Shown here: positions 38,155 through 47,330 of the stretch, in pieces
Layout of the letters: the number at the start of each line of letters is the position of its first letter
Position numbering within the stretch: position 1 is the first letter of the stretch
Source of the DNA: Candidatus Micrarchaeota archaeon
GTDB taxonomy: Archaea; Micrarchaeota; Micrarchaeia; Anstonellales; Bilamarchaeaceae
Reading direction: 5' to 3'
NCBI GenBank assembly: GCA_018812625.1
Contig: JAHJDH010000025.1
Coordinates: 13,726 to 77,725 of the forward strand
Length of the DNA: 64,000 nucleotides
Translations under genes and position numbers: made by a program
Notes under the pieces: generated by a model
Told to the model about the DNA's origin: nothing
Database searches by the model: none
The model's input: the letters and a program-made list of their open reading frames with translations, nothing else

Positions 38155-38319
38155 GGGCCCGTAGTCGAGTCCCAGCTTTTAGAAAAAAGCCGGACCAAAA
38201 CTTTTTGGTTAAGCGACAATGGTTAAGACGCTACCTTGACATGGTAGAGATGTTGTGGATCGCCACAATCCTCTTCCACAAAGTGGTAGAGATCCCCAGT
38301 TCGATCCTGGGCGGGCCCA
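38155..38319 (+). tRNA. tRNA-Val(GAC) with two introns (38170-38219 at position 15/16; 38242-38283 at 37/38)
   Basis: Spliced product GGGCCCGTAGTCGAGTGGTTAAGACGCTACCTTGACATGGTAGAGATCCCCAGTTCGATCCTGGGCGGGCCCA folds as a canonical cloverleaf; BHB-like motifs at both junctions. Confidence 0.9.
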
Positions 38320-38338
38320 TTTTCTTTATGGTGGTTCT

Positions 38339-38770
38339 ATGTTTGGTCTGTTTGGCGGAAAAAAACTGAGTGTGAAATTAGATAAAACTGAATTCAAACC
38401 TGGAGAAGAAATTTCTGGAATCATAAAGCTTGAAACAAAATCTCCTCTTCCAGCTGACCGGTTGAGGGTGGCATTGTCCTATAATGCGCCTGATAAAACA
38501 TACACCACTCCTATTGAGACAGAATTTGTATCTACTGAGATTCAAGGCAGTTCCGAGTTTGTTTCCGGTGAATTTCATTTTTCAATTTCCATTCCTGCTA
38601 TTGCTCCAGAAATTGAATATCCTGGAGATGATCCACAGATGGCAGATGCTTGGAAAAATGATGACGTTCTTGGCGCAAATTCTTTTTTCGTTCTGGCATT
38701 TCTTGAATTTCCAAAAGACAAGCCACTAAAGTCAAAGTATGCCGATATCAAAATTCACTATAACGAATAA
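38339..38770 (+). CDS. Spo0M/arrestin-N-like beta-sandwich protein
   Basis: LSVKLDKTEFKPGEEISGIIKL...LRVAL...FHFSISIP pattern; start moved to ATG 38339, downstream of the tRNA. Confidence 0.6.
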   Translation: MFGLFGGKKLSVKLDKTEFKPGEEISGIIKLETKSPLPADRLRVALSYNAPDKTYTTPIETEFVSTEIQGSSEFVSGEFHFSISIPAIAPEIEYPGDDPQMADAWKNDDVLGANSFFVLAFLEFPKDKPLKSKYADIKIHYNE

Positions 38771-38821
38771 TTTTGCAAGCTTATTTATCCTTTCCTCATG
38801 CCAATATCTCAAGTGGTAACT

Positions 38822-39400
38822 ATGAAAATTATTGATTTGTCTATTTATCTGGATAATGATACTCCTACATATCCTGGTGATGATGTTCCAGAAATACTCC
38901 AATCCACAACTATTGCAAATCATGGCTGGAATTCAAAAAAATTATTAATTTCTTCTCACATTGCAACTCATATTGATGCCCCTTTTCATATGTTTGACGA
39001 TGGCAAAAAACTCGATGAGTTTCCTCTTGAAACCTTTGCTGGCTCTGGGGTTGTGCTTGATGTTAATGCTCCAAAGTTGAATCTAGTTAAGAAAAACGAT
39101 ATCCTTCTTTTTTCAACAGGACTTGCACATGATGATTATCCAAGCGAATCTTTAGTCTCTGCTGATCTTGGAAAAAAAATAGTTGCACTAAAGCCAAAAA
39201 TAGTTGGTTTTGATTCATTTAGTCCAGATGTTTCTCCATTTGAAATTCATCATCTGTTTTTCAAGAATAATATTCTTATTGCAGAAAATTTAACTAATCT
39301 CAAAAAACTGATTGGAAAGAGGTGTGAGTTCTATATCCTTCCACTTAAAATAAAAAATGCAGATGGAGCTCCATGTCGTGCAATTGCAATTTTAGATTAG
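38822..39400 (+). CDS. cyclase/kynurenine formamidase family metal hydrolase
   Basis: IDLS, HIATHIDAPFH, GFD, ENL.NL, PLK...DGAPCRA. Confidence 0.9.
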   Translation: MKIIDLSIYLDNDTPTYPGDDVPEILQSTTIANHGWNSKKLLISSHIATHIDAPFHMFDDGKKLDEFPLETFAGSGVVLDVNAPKLNLVKKNDILLFSTGLAHDDYPSESLVSADLGKKIVALKPKIVGFDSFSPDVSPFEIHHLFFKNNILIAENLTNLKKLIGKRCEFYILPLKIKNADGAPCRAIAILD

Positions 39401-40080
39401 CTCATATAATACTTTCTTTTTGTTTTATCAAACTTTTCAATTGCATATCTAAGCATTGTTCTTGGCATTTTTTTGTAATATCTTTTGAGGAATCTTTCTT
39501 CTGTATCCTGGTTTCGTTTTCCAATTTCCCGGAGCATCCAACCTACTGCTTTGTGAATTAAATCCTCTTCATCATACAAAAGCATTTTTGCAATTTTTAA
39601 ATTCTCCTCAAACCTATTGCTCCTGATAAATGTGTATGTTGCAACGACTGCAATTCTTCGCTCCCACATATTTTTTGATTGTGCTAATTCGTAAAGTATA
39701 TCTGGTTTTTTATCAAGAAGATATTTACCAACAATTTCATGTGCCGACAAATCAACCAAATCCCAATTATCAATCCCATCAGTATTTTTCAAATAAAATT
39801 CGTAGATTTCCTTTTGTTCTTTTCTATCTGCACGCTTGAATCTATCAACTAAAATAAGCAATGCTGCAAGACGATATTCATGGATTTCATTTGCAAGGAG
39901 CTTTTCAAGATCTTTAAAATTTAGGCCTGTGTAATTCTTTGCAATCTTTCTAATCTCGGGAACTTGCAAACCAAGAAACACATCTCCTTCTCCATATTCT
40001 CCTCTTCCTGTTTTGAAATATCTTGAGAGTTGTTTTGCTTTTTTTGGGTTTGACAAGTTCTGCAGATCATCAGTAATCAT
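39397..40080 (-). CDS. DNA alkylation repair protein (AlkD-like)
   Basis: GEYGEGDVFLG, HEYR, NWDLVD, WERR, HKAVGWMLRE, RYAIEK. Confidence 0.9.
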   Translation of the reverse strand: MITDDLQNLSNPKKAKQLSRYFKTGRGEYGEGDVFLGLQVPEIRKIAKNYTGLNFKDLEKLLANEIHEYRLAALLILVDRFKRADRKEQKEIYEFYLKNTDGIDNWDLVDLSAHEIVGKYLLDKKPDILYELAQSKNMWERRIAVVATYTFIRSNRFEENLKIAKMLLYDEEDLIHKAVGWMLREIGKRNQDTEERFLKRYYKKMPRTMLRYAIEKFDKTKRKYYMS

Positions 40081-40111
40081 AACCAGAATTTGCACAGATG
40101 ATTTTAATTGC

Positions 40112-41707
40112 TTATTTTTTCCGTGCTGCTTTCAAAAATTCTACAAACAATGGAGCTGGAGACTCTAGTCTGCTCTTTAGCTCAACATGCGCCTGGGATG
40201 CAACTCCAAATCCTTTGCTCCATTCTGTAATTTCAACAATATTATTTTTTGGATGTGTTCCGGAAATGACAAGTCCCTTTTCTTCAAGAGTTTTCACATA
40301 TTCTGAATTTACTTCATATCTATGCCTGTGTCTTTCTGATACTTTGCTCTCTCCATATGCTCTGCGTGCAATAGTATCCTCTTTCAAAATACAATCATAA
40401 GCACCAAGCCTGAGAGTCCCCCCCATCTTTGCTATCTGCTGCTGTTCCGGAAGAAAATCAATTACTGGGTGCGGTGTTTTTTTATCAAACTCCTTTGAAT
40501 TTGCTTCTTTGAGTCCGCAAACATTTCGTGCATATTCAATTACCATGAGCTGAAGTCCAAGGCACAATCCCAAATATGGGACATTGTTTTTTCGTGCATA
40601 TTCAATTGCCCTTATCTTTCCTTCAATCCCCCTGGTTCCAAATCCACCAGGCACTACAATCCCATCATACTCTGCAAGAGTTGGCGTAACATTATCCATG
40701 CTCTCAAGATCACTTCCCTCAATCCATCCAATCTCAAGTCCGCAGTTAAGTGCAGCTGCACTGTGGACCAGTGCTTCTTTAACACTGACATAAGCATCTT
40801 TTACTGCCGTATATTTGCCCACAATAGCAATTTTGAGAGGTTTTTCTTTTGGCTTTATAATCTGGCTTACCTTCTTTTGCCATGTTTTCAAATCTGCATC
40901 CTTTTTCTTGAGATCCAGCTTCTTTGCAAGCACATCATACAGTCCTTGTCTATCAAGAACTATTGGAAGCTGATAAACTGTTTGAAGAAGAGGATCATCA
41001 AAAACTGCTTCTTCTGGAACATTACAATAAGTACTGATTTTTCTTCTTGATTCGCTTGTTAATTTTTCCTGCTCACGGACAACGATTATATCTGGTTGAA
41101 TCCCAAGACTCTGCAAAAGTCTTGTTGCATGTTGAGTTGGTTTTGTTTTTTGCTCTCCCGGACTTAAGCTTGGAACATATGTCAATTGGATAAATGCCAT
41201 GTTGTCCTTCTCGAAATTCTGCTGCCTCATAGCCTCGACAAAGTATCCATTTTCAAGATCTCCGATTGTTCCACCGATTTCAATTAGTACAATATCTGCA
41301 TCTGTTGCAGCTTCTGCTACTCGTCGTTTAATCTCATCTGTTAAATGCGGAACGATCTGCACATCACGTCCAAGATAATCTCCACGCCTTTCTTTTTCTA
41401 AAACTGTTTTGAAAAGTTTTCCACCAGTAATAGAACAGAGTCCTGTTAGTGACTGGTTCAAAAATCTCTCATAAGTTCCAAAGTCCATGTCAACTTCTGT
41501 TCCATCATCCAGGACAAATACTTCTCCATGTCTAAATGGATTCATTGTTCCGCAATCAACATTCAGATACCCATCAAACTTTACTGGGACTACTTTGTAT
41601 CCTCTTGACTGAAGGAGCTTTGCTATAGAAGAAGAGACGATGCCTTTTCCAAGGCCAGACATGATTGAACCAGCAATTACAATAAACTTTGTTTTTTTCT
41701 CAGGCAT
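40112..41707 (-). CDS. pyrG: CTP synthase
   Basis: SGLGKG, HGEVFV..DG.E.D.D.G.YERF, KTKPTQH, PGGFG, GLCLG, ERHRHRYE, H.E. Confidence 0.97.
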   Translation of the reverse strand: MPEKKTKFIVIAGSIMSGLGKGIVSSSIAKLLQSRGYKVVPVKFDGYLNVDCGTMNPFRHGEVFVLDDGTEVDMDFGTYERFLNQSLTGLCSITGGKLFKTVLEKERRGDYLGRDVQIVPHLTDEIKRRVAEAATDADIVLIEIGGTIGDLENGYFVEAMRQQNFEKDNMAFIQLTYVPSLSPGEQKTKPTQHATRLLQSLGIQPDIIVVREQEKLTSESRRKISTYCNVPEEAVFDDPLLQTVYQLPIVLDRQGLYDVLAKKLDLKKKDADLKTWQKKVSQIIKPKEKPLKIAIVGKYTAVKDAYVSVKEALVHSAAALNCGLEIGWIEGSDLESMDNVTPTLAEYDGIVVPGGFGTRGIEGKIRAIEYARKNNVPYLGLCLGLQLMVIEYARNVCGLKEANSKEFDKKTPHPVIDFLPEQQQIAKMGGTLRLGAYDCILKEDTIARRAYGESKVSERHRHRYEVNSEYVKTLEEKGLVISGTHPKNNIVEITEWSKGFGVASQAHVELKSRLESPAPLFVEFLKAARKK

Positions 41708-41716
41708 AGGAAAAAT

Positions 41717-42823
41717 GTGGCGGAAACAGTTTTTAAACTTAACAATCCTTCTCTACCTGTGGTAAAGAAAAGATCTCAAAAAGCCGGACTCCCTCCAGGA
41801 ACCCCAGTTCTTACAGAAGATGATACAGAACCCTCAAAGATCACTATCCTGGATTATGACTCAAAAGATTTTACTGAGATCAAGCCAAAATCCATAGATG
41901 AATGCATTGCCTATATGAAGAGGAAGAAGAGCGTCACATGGATTAATGTTGATGGCCTTCAGGACATCTCAATGCTCCAGAAGCTTTGTGAGGAGTTTGG
42001 TATACACCCTCTTGTTCTTGAAGACATACTGTCAACTGACCAGCGTCCGAAAGTCGAAAGTTATGATACTTACCTCTACATTGTATCGCGCATGCTTGAT
42101 ATAGATGGCAAGAAAAACCAAATCAGTTCAGAGCAGATCAGTATCATACTTACGCCTACCTTTGTAATCTCAATACAGGAGAAAAAAGGCGATATTTTTG
42201 AATCCATCCGAAACCAGATAAGGACCAACAAGGGAAAGCTTCGAAAAACTGGTCCTGATTTTCTTGCATACTCTATTCTGGATCGGATTGTGGATCATTA
42301 TTTCCTGATTCTTGAGCAGCTTGGCGAGAGGATTGAATTTATGGAAGAAGAGCTTGTACGCTCTCCATCTCCAAAGACTCTCCATCAAATTCATAGGATG
42401 AAGAGAGACATGGTGTTGCTTCGAAAATCTATCTGGCCTATGAGGGAGCTTATTAACGGGCTTGATCGTGAGGGGCAGAGCAGCAGCCTATTGATAAAAA
42501 AAGGAACTGCTATCTATCTGCGTGACCTTTATGACCATACCATCCAGGTGATCGATACAGTAGAAACTTACCGCGATATTGTCTCTGGCATGCTTGATAT
42601 ATATCTCTCCAGCATCAGCTACCGCCTCAACGAGATCATGAAGGTGCTGACCATTATTGGTACTATATTCATCCCGCTCACATTTGTCACCGGGCTTTAT
42701 GGTATGAACTTTCGCTTCATGCCGGAACTTGAGCATCCGTTTGGCTATCCTTTGGTTCTTTTCCTTATGATGATCATGAGCTTCATCATGCTCATTTATT
42801 TCCGCAGAAAGAAATGGATATAA
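41717..42823 (+). CDS. corA: magnesium/cobalt transporter CorA
   Basis: WINVDG, HPLVLED, QRPK, YGMNF signature; true start may be GTG 41759. Confidence 0.95.
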   Translation: MAETVFKLNNPSLPVVKKRSQKAGLPPGTPVLTEDDTEPSKITILDYDSKDFTEIKPKSIDECIAYMKRKKSVTWINVDGLQDISMLQKLCEEFGIHPLVLEDILSTDQRPKVESYDTYLYIVSRMLDIDGKKNQISSEQISIILTPTFVISIQEKKGDIFESIRNQIRTNKGKLRKTGPDFLAYSILDRIVDHYFLILEQLGERIEFMEEELVRSPSPKTLHQIHRMKRDMVLLRKSIWPMRELINGLDREGQSSSLLIKKGTAIYLRDLYDHTIQVIDTVETYRDIVSGMLDIYLSSISYRLNEIMKVLTIIGTIFIPLTFVTGLYGMNFRFMPELEHPFGYPLVLFLMMIMSFIMLIYFRRKKWI

Positions 42824-42845
42824 ATTGTCTCTTCGATGGTTTTCT

Positions 42846-43787
42846 ATGCTCCAGAGAATATTCTTTTTTCTGATTCTTATTGCCCTTACTGCAGGCACCT
42901 GGTTTGTTTCACAACAATATCCTCATCCGATGCTTGATAGTGCCATCAATACTTTGATTGCACTTACAATACTCTATCTTGTTTTCAAATTGGTTCTTGA
43001 TAAGGTAGTTGCTGACAAGCTGGATGATCCCAAGCTTCGGTATTCCTTTCGAAAGGCAGTATCCTTTGCATATGTTATCGTCCTTTTTATTGCAGTTATA
43101 ACAATATGGATTCCAAATCCGGAAGCTCTTTTTGTTGCATATGGACTTATGGCAGCTGGAATTGCAGTTGCCCTCTCAGATTTGTTCAAGAATCTGGCAG
43201 GTGGAGTAATCATCTTTTTCACAAAGCCTTTTTCAGTTGGAGACCGTATTGAAATTTCTGGCGAGTTCGGCGACATAATAGATGTGGATATTATGTATAC
43301 CACTCTTATGGAAATCCGTGAGTGGGTTGACGGAGATCAGGCAACAGGAAGACTTAATATTGTTCCAAATGGCCTGATCCTCACATCTGTAGTAAATAAT
43401 TATACCAAGGACAACGAATTCATCTGGGATGAAATCATGATCCCAATCACCTATAACAGCGACTGGAAGGCAGCCTCAAATCTTATGCTTGATACTGTAA
43501 AAAAGGAAACAGAAACAATAATCCAGAAGTCAAACAAGGAATATTCCCATCTGCTGGAAAAATATTATCTGCGAAAAAAACCGGCCGAGCCAGGAGTATT
43601 CATGAAGCTTACCGATAACTGGATCCAGCTTGCTGTTCGCTACATGACTCCTGCACGGGAAAGGCGTACTCTTCACAATCAGCTTAGTAAAATCCTTCTT
43701 ACAAAATTCGAGAAATCCAAAAAAATCAAGATTGCATCTGCTACCTATGAGATCGTGGGCCTTCCACAAATCCGGCTAAAAAAGTGA
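42846..43787 (+). CDS. small-conductance mechanosensitive channel (MscS family)
   Basis: 3 TM, PFSVGDRIEI, G...D..I..T, IVPN, V.NYT. Confidence 0.92.
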   Translation: MLQRIFFFLILIALTAGTWFVSQQYPHPMLDSAINTLIALTILYLVFKLVLDKVVADKLDDPKLRYSFRKAVSFAYVIVLFIAVITIWIPNPEALFVAYGLMAAGIAVALSDLFKNLAGGVIIFFTKPFSVGDRIEISGEFGDIIDVDIMYTTLMEIREWVDGDQATGRLNIVPNGLILTSVVNNYTKDNEFIWDEIMIPITYNSDWKAASNLMLDTVKKETETIIQKSNKEYSHLLEKYYLRKKPAEPGVFMKLTDNWIQLAVRYMTPARERRTLHNQLSKILLTKFEKSKKIKIASATYEIVGLPQIRLKK

Positions 43788-43791
43788 GCTT

Positions 43792-44763
43792 ATGGTGCTT
43801 ATCGAGCTGGCCATACTTCTTTTTTCTATTATCATCCTCTCGCGCTCTTCAGAGATGGTGATATCCAGTTCTGTTCGGCTCTCAAGATTCTTTAATTTGA
43901 ATCCTGTTGCTATGGGATTTCTTTTGGTTGCTGTTGCAACCAGCCTTCCAGAACTTTCTGTTTCAGTCACATCATCTCTTGCAGGAGAAGGGGCAATTTC
44001 AGCTGGAAACGTGTTCGGTTCAAACATTGCAAATATCTTTATTGTTTTGGGCGTTGGCGGTCTTCTTTATGGCATGAAAATCAGCCAGTCAAACCTAAAG
44101 GATATTGCAATTGTCCTTCTTTTGACCACCCTTATATCCATCTATATAATCTATGGAAGTTCTGTAAGTCTGCAGGCCCTCGGAATTTTTGAAGGGGCCA
44201 TACTTATTCTGATATTTTTGGGCTATGTCTGGTGGACTTTGAAAATGAAAAAGCAATCAAATGGAAACCATCAAACTACTGTTTCCAAAGCAAAGGCTCT
44301 TCGGGCATTCATTAGTTTTTTCATCGGAATTTTTTTAGTAATCATAAGCTCTGCATTTGCTGTTGGTTCTGCAGTTACGATTGCCACAAGCCTTGGTCTT
44401 GCTCAAAGCTTCATAGGAGCTACAATCATAGCTCTTGGAACGTCCCTTCCCGAGCTTAGCACCGCACTTCAAGCTCTTCGAAAAAAACAATATGGTCTTG
44501 TCCTGGGCAATGTAGTAGGAAGCAACATGGCCAATCTCACCATGGTCCTTGGTGTTGCCTCAACAATAAATCCAATTTCAGTTCAGCTTCCAGTCTTCAT
44601 AGCTGCTTTGCTTTTTGCAGTTGTCGCCAACACCCTGCTTTTCTACTGCGCGGCAGTAAACAAAGGGATCGGAAAATTTACCGGAGCGGTTTTTGTTCTA
44701 ACCTATGTAGTCTATATTATTGCGATCTTCGGTCTTCATGCAACTGAAGTGAGCGTGATTTAA
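43792..44763 (+). CDS. Na+/Ca2+ antiporter (CaCA family)
   Basis: Two alpha repeats: ATSLPE...GNVFGSNIAN and GTSLPE...GNVVGSNMAN. Confidence 0.93.
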   Translation: MVLIELAILLFSIIILSRSSEMVISSSVRLSRFFNLNPVAMGFLLVAVATSLPELSVSVTSSLAGEGAISAGNVFGSNIANIFIVLGVGGLLYGMKISQSNLKDIAIVLLLTTLISIYIIYGSSVSLQALGIFEGAILILIFLGYVWWTLKMKKQSNGNHQTTVSKAKALRAFISFFIGIFLVIISSAFAVGSAVTIATSLGLAQSFIGATIIALGTSLPELSTALQALRKKQYGLVLGNVVGSNMANLTMVLGVASTINPISVQLPVFIAALLFAVVANTLLFYCAAVNKGIGKFTGAVFVLTYVVYIIAIFGLHATEVSVI

Positions 44764-44780
44764 ATTTTTGTCATCACATT

Positions 44781-45542
44781 ATGATCCTCATGAGCGAAGA
44801 ATCCCAGTGCTTTGTCTGTTCCAAATCAATTACTGATGCTTACTATGTCAATGGTATTCCTCTCTGTTCTACCTGCAGCACCCAAAAGTCTGCTGAATCT
44901 GAAAAACGCTACTGTGTAAGGTGCAATGCATCATCATTCAATTCTATAATCCTCTACACCCAATATGGGCTTCTTTGCTCTTCCTGTCGGGCAGAAGCAA
45001 GGCTTATTGAGAAGCCAAACGAGTCTGTTCAAATTAGAAGACTGGTGAATGGAGCCATAGTCAAATTCTACAAAAGCGGAAGGGAAGATGATTATTATGA
45101 AGAGTACTCATCTTTGCCAGCAGTACAGACTCTTATACATATCGCCCTCATTGTTTTGCTTTCTGTTCTGTCTGTCTTCTCTGGTAATATTTTTCTTCTG
45201 ATATTTGATGTGCTTCTGGATATTTTCCTGATATTTCTTCTTGTTTCTTTTGTATGGATACGGATAAAGATTTATGACAACGAAATCCGCTGTCTTTACG
45301 GACCTTTTACATATTCAATCAACAAGTGTGATCTAGATCAAGTTGAAATCATCAAACCACATAACTATCTTGCATATGGTCTTAGTATCCGTCGAAATAA
45401 ATATGGCTGGCTGTTGAAATTTTTAAGAGGTCCCGGGCCCGGCATTTTAATAAAAAAGAAGTCTGGCTTCTTCCGTTCAGTTTTCATAAGCAGTAGCGAT
45501 CCAGTCAATCTGCTTCAGAACATTGCTAAGAAGTTGTGTTAG
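44781..45542 (+). CDS. membrane protein with N-terminal zinc fingers
   Basis: Four CxxC pairs, two TM helices, C-terminal soluble domain. Confidence 0.65.
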   Translation: MILMSEESQCFVCSKSITDAYYVNGIPLCSTCSTQKSAESEKRYCVRCNASSFNSIILYTQYGLLCSSCRAEARLIEKPNESVQIRRLVNGAIVKFYKSGREDDYYEEYSSLPAVQTLIHIALIVLLSVLSVFSGNIFLLIFDVLLDIFLIFLLVSFVWIRIKIYDNEIRCLYGPFTYSINKCDLDQVEIIKPHNYLAYGLSIRRNKYGWLLKFLRGPGPGILIKKKSGFFRSVFISSSDPVNLLQNIAKKLC

Positions 45543-45585
45543 GATATCTGCCTGCTTTTAATATTTTGACATTCTATTCATTTTT

Positions 45586-47280
45586 ATGTCTCTAAGAACT
45601 CTTTTGTCTTTTTCTATTGTCCTAATCTTTCTTCTTGGCTGTGTATCCGGGCCTGCTGATGATTCTCTTCCAAGAGATCTTGAAATCCGAATAAATGACG
45701 GCAAGGCAATTACCACATCTTCAAATGTGGAACTTTTACTTTTTGCCAGGAATGCAGCTGCATGCAGACTCTCAAATGATGGAGCTACCTGGAATGCCTG
45801 GGAAAATTACTCTCGCGAAAAATCATGGGTTCTTGAAGAAGCCGATGGCATAAAGCAGGTATCCTATCAGTGCCGCAGTTTTGGCGGAGGATTATCTCCG
45901 ATTGTTTCATCTTCGATAGAACTTGATTCAACCCCACCAACCATAATACTATCAAGTCCAGTTGCTGGACAAACATATTATGACTCATTGGAGCTTGTTT
46001 TCAAGGTAATCGATCCGGCATCAGATAAGGTTCTCTGCAGTGCGGTTATAGGAAACGATATTCTTGATCTTGGGGTTCTTCACACTGATGTGCAGCAGAG
46101 TATTCTCATAGGCCTTTCTGAAGGAGAAAAGACTATTACGCTCAACTGCAGCGACAAAATTCACACTTCTGCTGCTAATGTCAGCATTATCCTGAAAAAG
46201 AAGCCTTTTGTTTCATTTGCTATAAATGGCGGCTCTGATTACACAGATAACAAAAATGTTACTCTTGATCTCCTATCTACAACAGCTTCTCAATGCAGGT
46301 TCTCACGTGATAACCTACAATGGGGAGATTGGGAAGAGTATCAACCTGTTATGAAATGGGTTCTGCAAGGAAGCGATGGCAAAAAGAAAGTATATGTTCA
46401 ATGCCGGGATTCAAACAATGTGGAATCTGATACCATTGATGATACAATATCTCTTGATACAAAGCCTCCTCCATACATTTCTCTAAAAATAAATAATGGA
46501 GTTGAATGGACCTCTTCTTCTGATGTCACTTTGGGTCTCTATGCATACTCTGCTTCAGAATGCCGTCTTTCTCATGATGATCAGAATTGGGGATCCTGGG
46601 AACCATACTCCACAAAGAAAAACTGGAAACTCAGCAGCGGCGAAGGGGAAAAGACTGTCTATTACGAATGCAAGAATAAAACCGGCGGCGATCTTGGTAT
46701 TGCATCTGCTCAAATAAGCTATTCTGCAATCCCCCAGATGCCTCCCTCATCGCTTAGCATCAAAATTAATGATGGTGATGAATATGCATCATCAGAAAAT
46801 CTTCAGCTCTCTCTTGGTGCAACCGGCGCATTCGAGTGCCGTCTTCGCGAAGGCAACCTGGACTGGAGTGCTTGGGAAAACCATATTTCCACAAAAACAT
46901 TTACTATAAGTGGAAATGATGGGGCAAAAACAATCTACTATCAGTGCAGGAATAACCATGGCACTACAACTGTCTTTGATCGTATCTATCTTGATCGCAA
47001 GCCTCCATCTGAACCAAAAAGCCTCAAAGCAGAAGCAAGCCCATACTCTGTTGTCCTTAGCTGGTCTGCAGCATCTGATTCTGGAAGTGGTGTGGAATCA
47101 TATTCTGTTTATCGGAAAGTTGACAGCACATGGAGATGGGTTGGTTCCGTATCTGGACTCAGTTACAAGGATGAGAAAATTGTTTCAGGAGAAACTTATG
47201 ATTACAAAGTGCTTGCGCTTGATTATAATAGAAATTCCGGCTCTGCATCACAGGTGAGTATTTCGGTTCCCGAGGAGTAG
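45586..47280 (+). CDS. surface lipoprotein with four Trp/Cys-rich beta repeats and a C-terminal FN3 domain
   Basis: Lipobox LLGC; repeat IN.G...T....V.L.....CR.S.D...W..WE.Y...W.L...DG.K.VY.QC; LSWSAASDSGSGVESY FN3. Confidence 0.8.
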   Translation: MSLRTLLSFSIVLIFLLGCVSGPADDSLPRDLEIRINDGKAITTSSNVELLLFARNAAACRLSNDGATWNAWENYSREKSWVLEEADGIKQVSYQCRSFGGGLSPIVSSSIELDSTPPTIILSSPVAGQTYYDSLELVFKVIDPASDKVLCSAVIGNDILDLGVLHTDVQQSILIGLSEGEKTITLNCSDKIHTSAANVSIILKKKPFVSFAINGGSDYTDNKNVTLDLLSTTASQCRFSRDNLQWGDWEEYQPVMKWVLQGSDGKKKVYVQCRDSNNVESDTIDDTISLDTKPPPYISLKINNGVEWTSSSDVTLGLYAYSASECRLSHDDQNWGSWEPYSTKKNWKLSSGEGEKTVYYECKNKTGGDLGIASAQISYSAIPQMPPSSLSIKINDGDEYASSENLQLSLGATGAFECRLREGNLDWSAWENHISTKTFTISGNDGAKTIYYQCRNNHGTTTVFDRIYLDRKPPSEPKSLKAEASPYSVVLSWSAASDSGSGVESYSVYRKVDSTWRWVGSVSGLSYKDEKIVSGETYDYKVLALDYNRNSGSASQVSISVPEE

Positions 47281-47330
47281 TCTAAGATTTTGCAATAGAA
47301 AAAGTTCTATTGCTCTATCTAAAAAAAGAA

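Noticed and set aside
38255-38338. N-terminal extension of ORF 38255..38770
   Set aside because: It overlaps tRNA intron 2 and exon 3; ATG 38339 with an upstream GGTGG is the plausible start.
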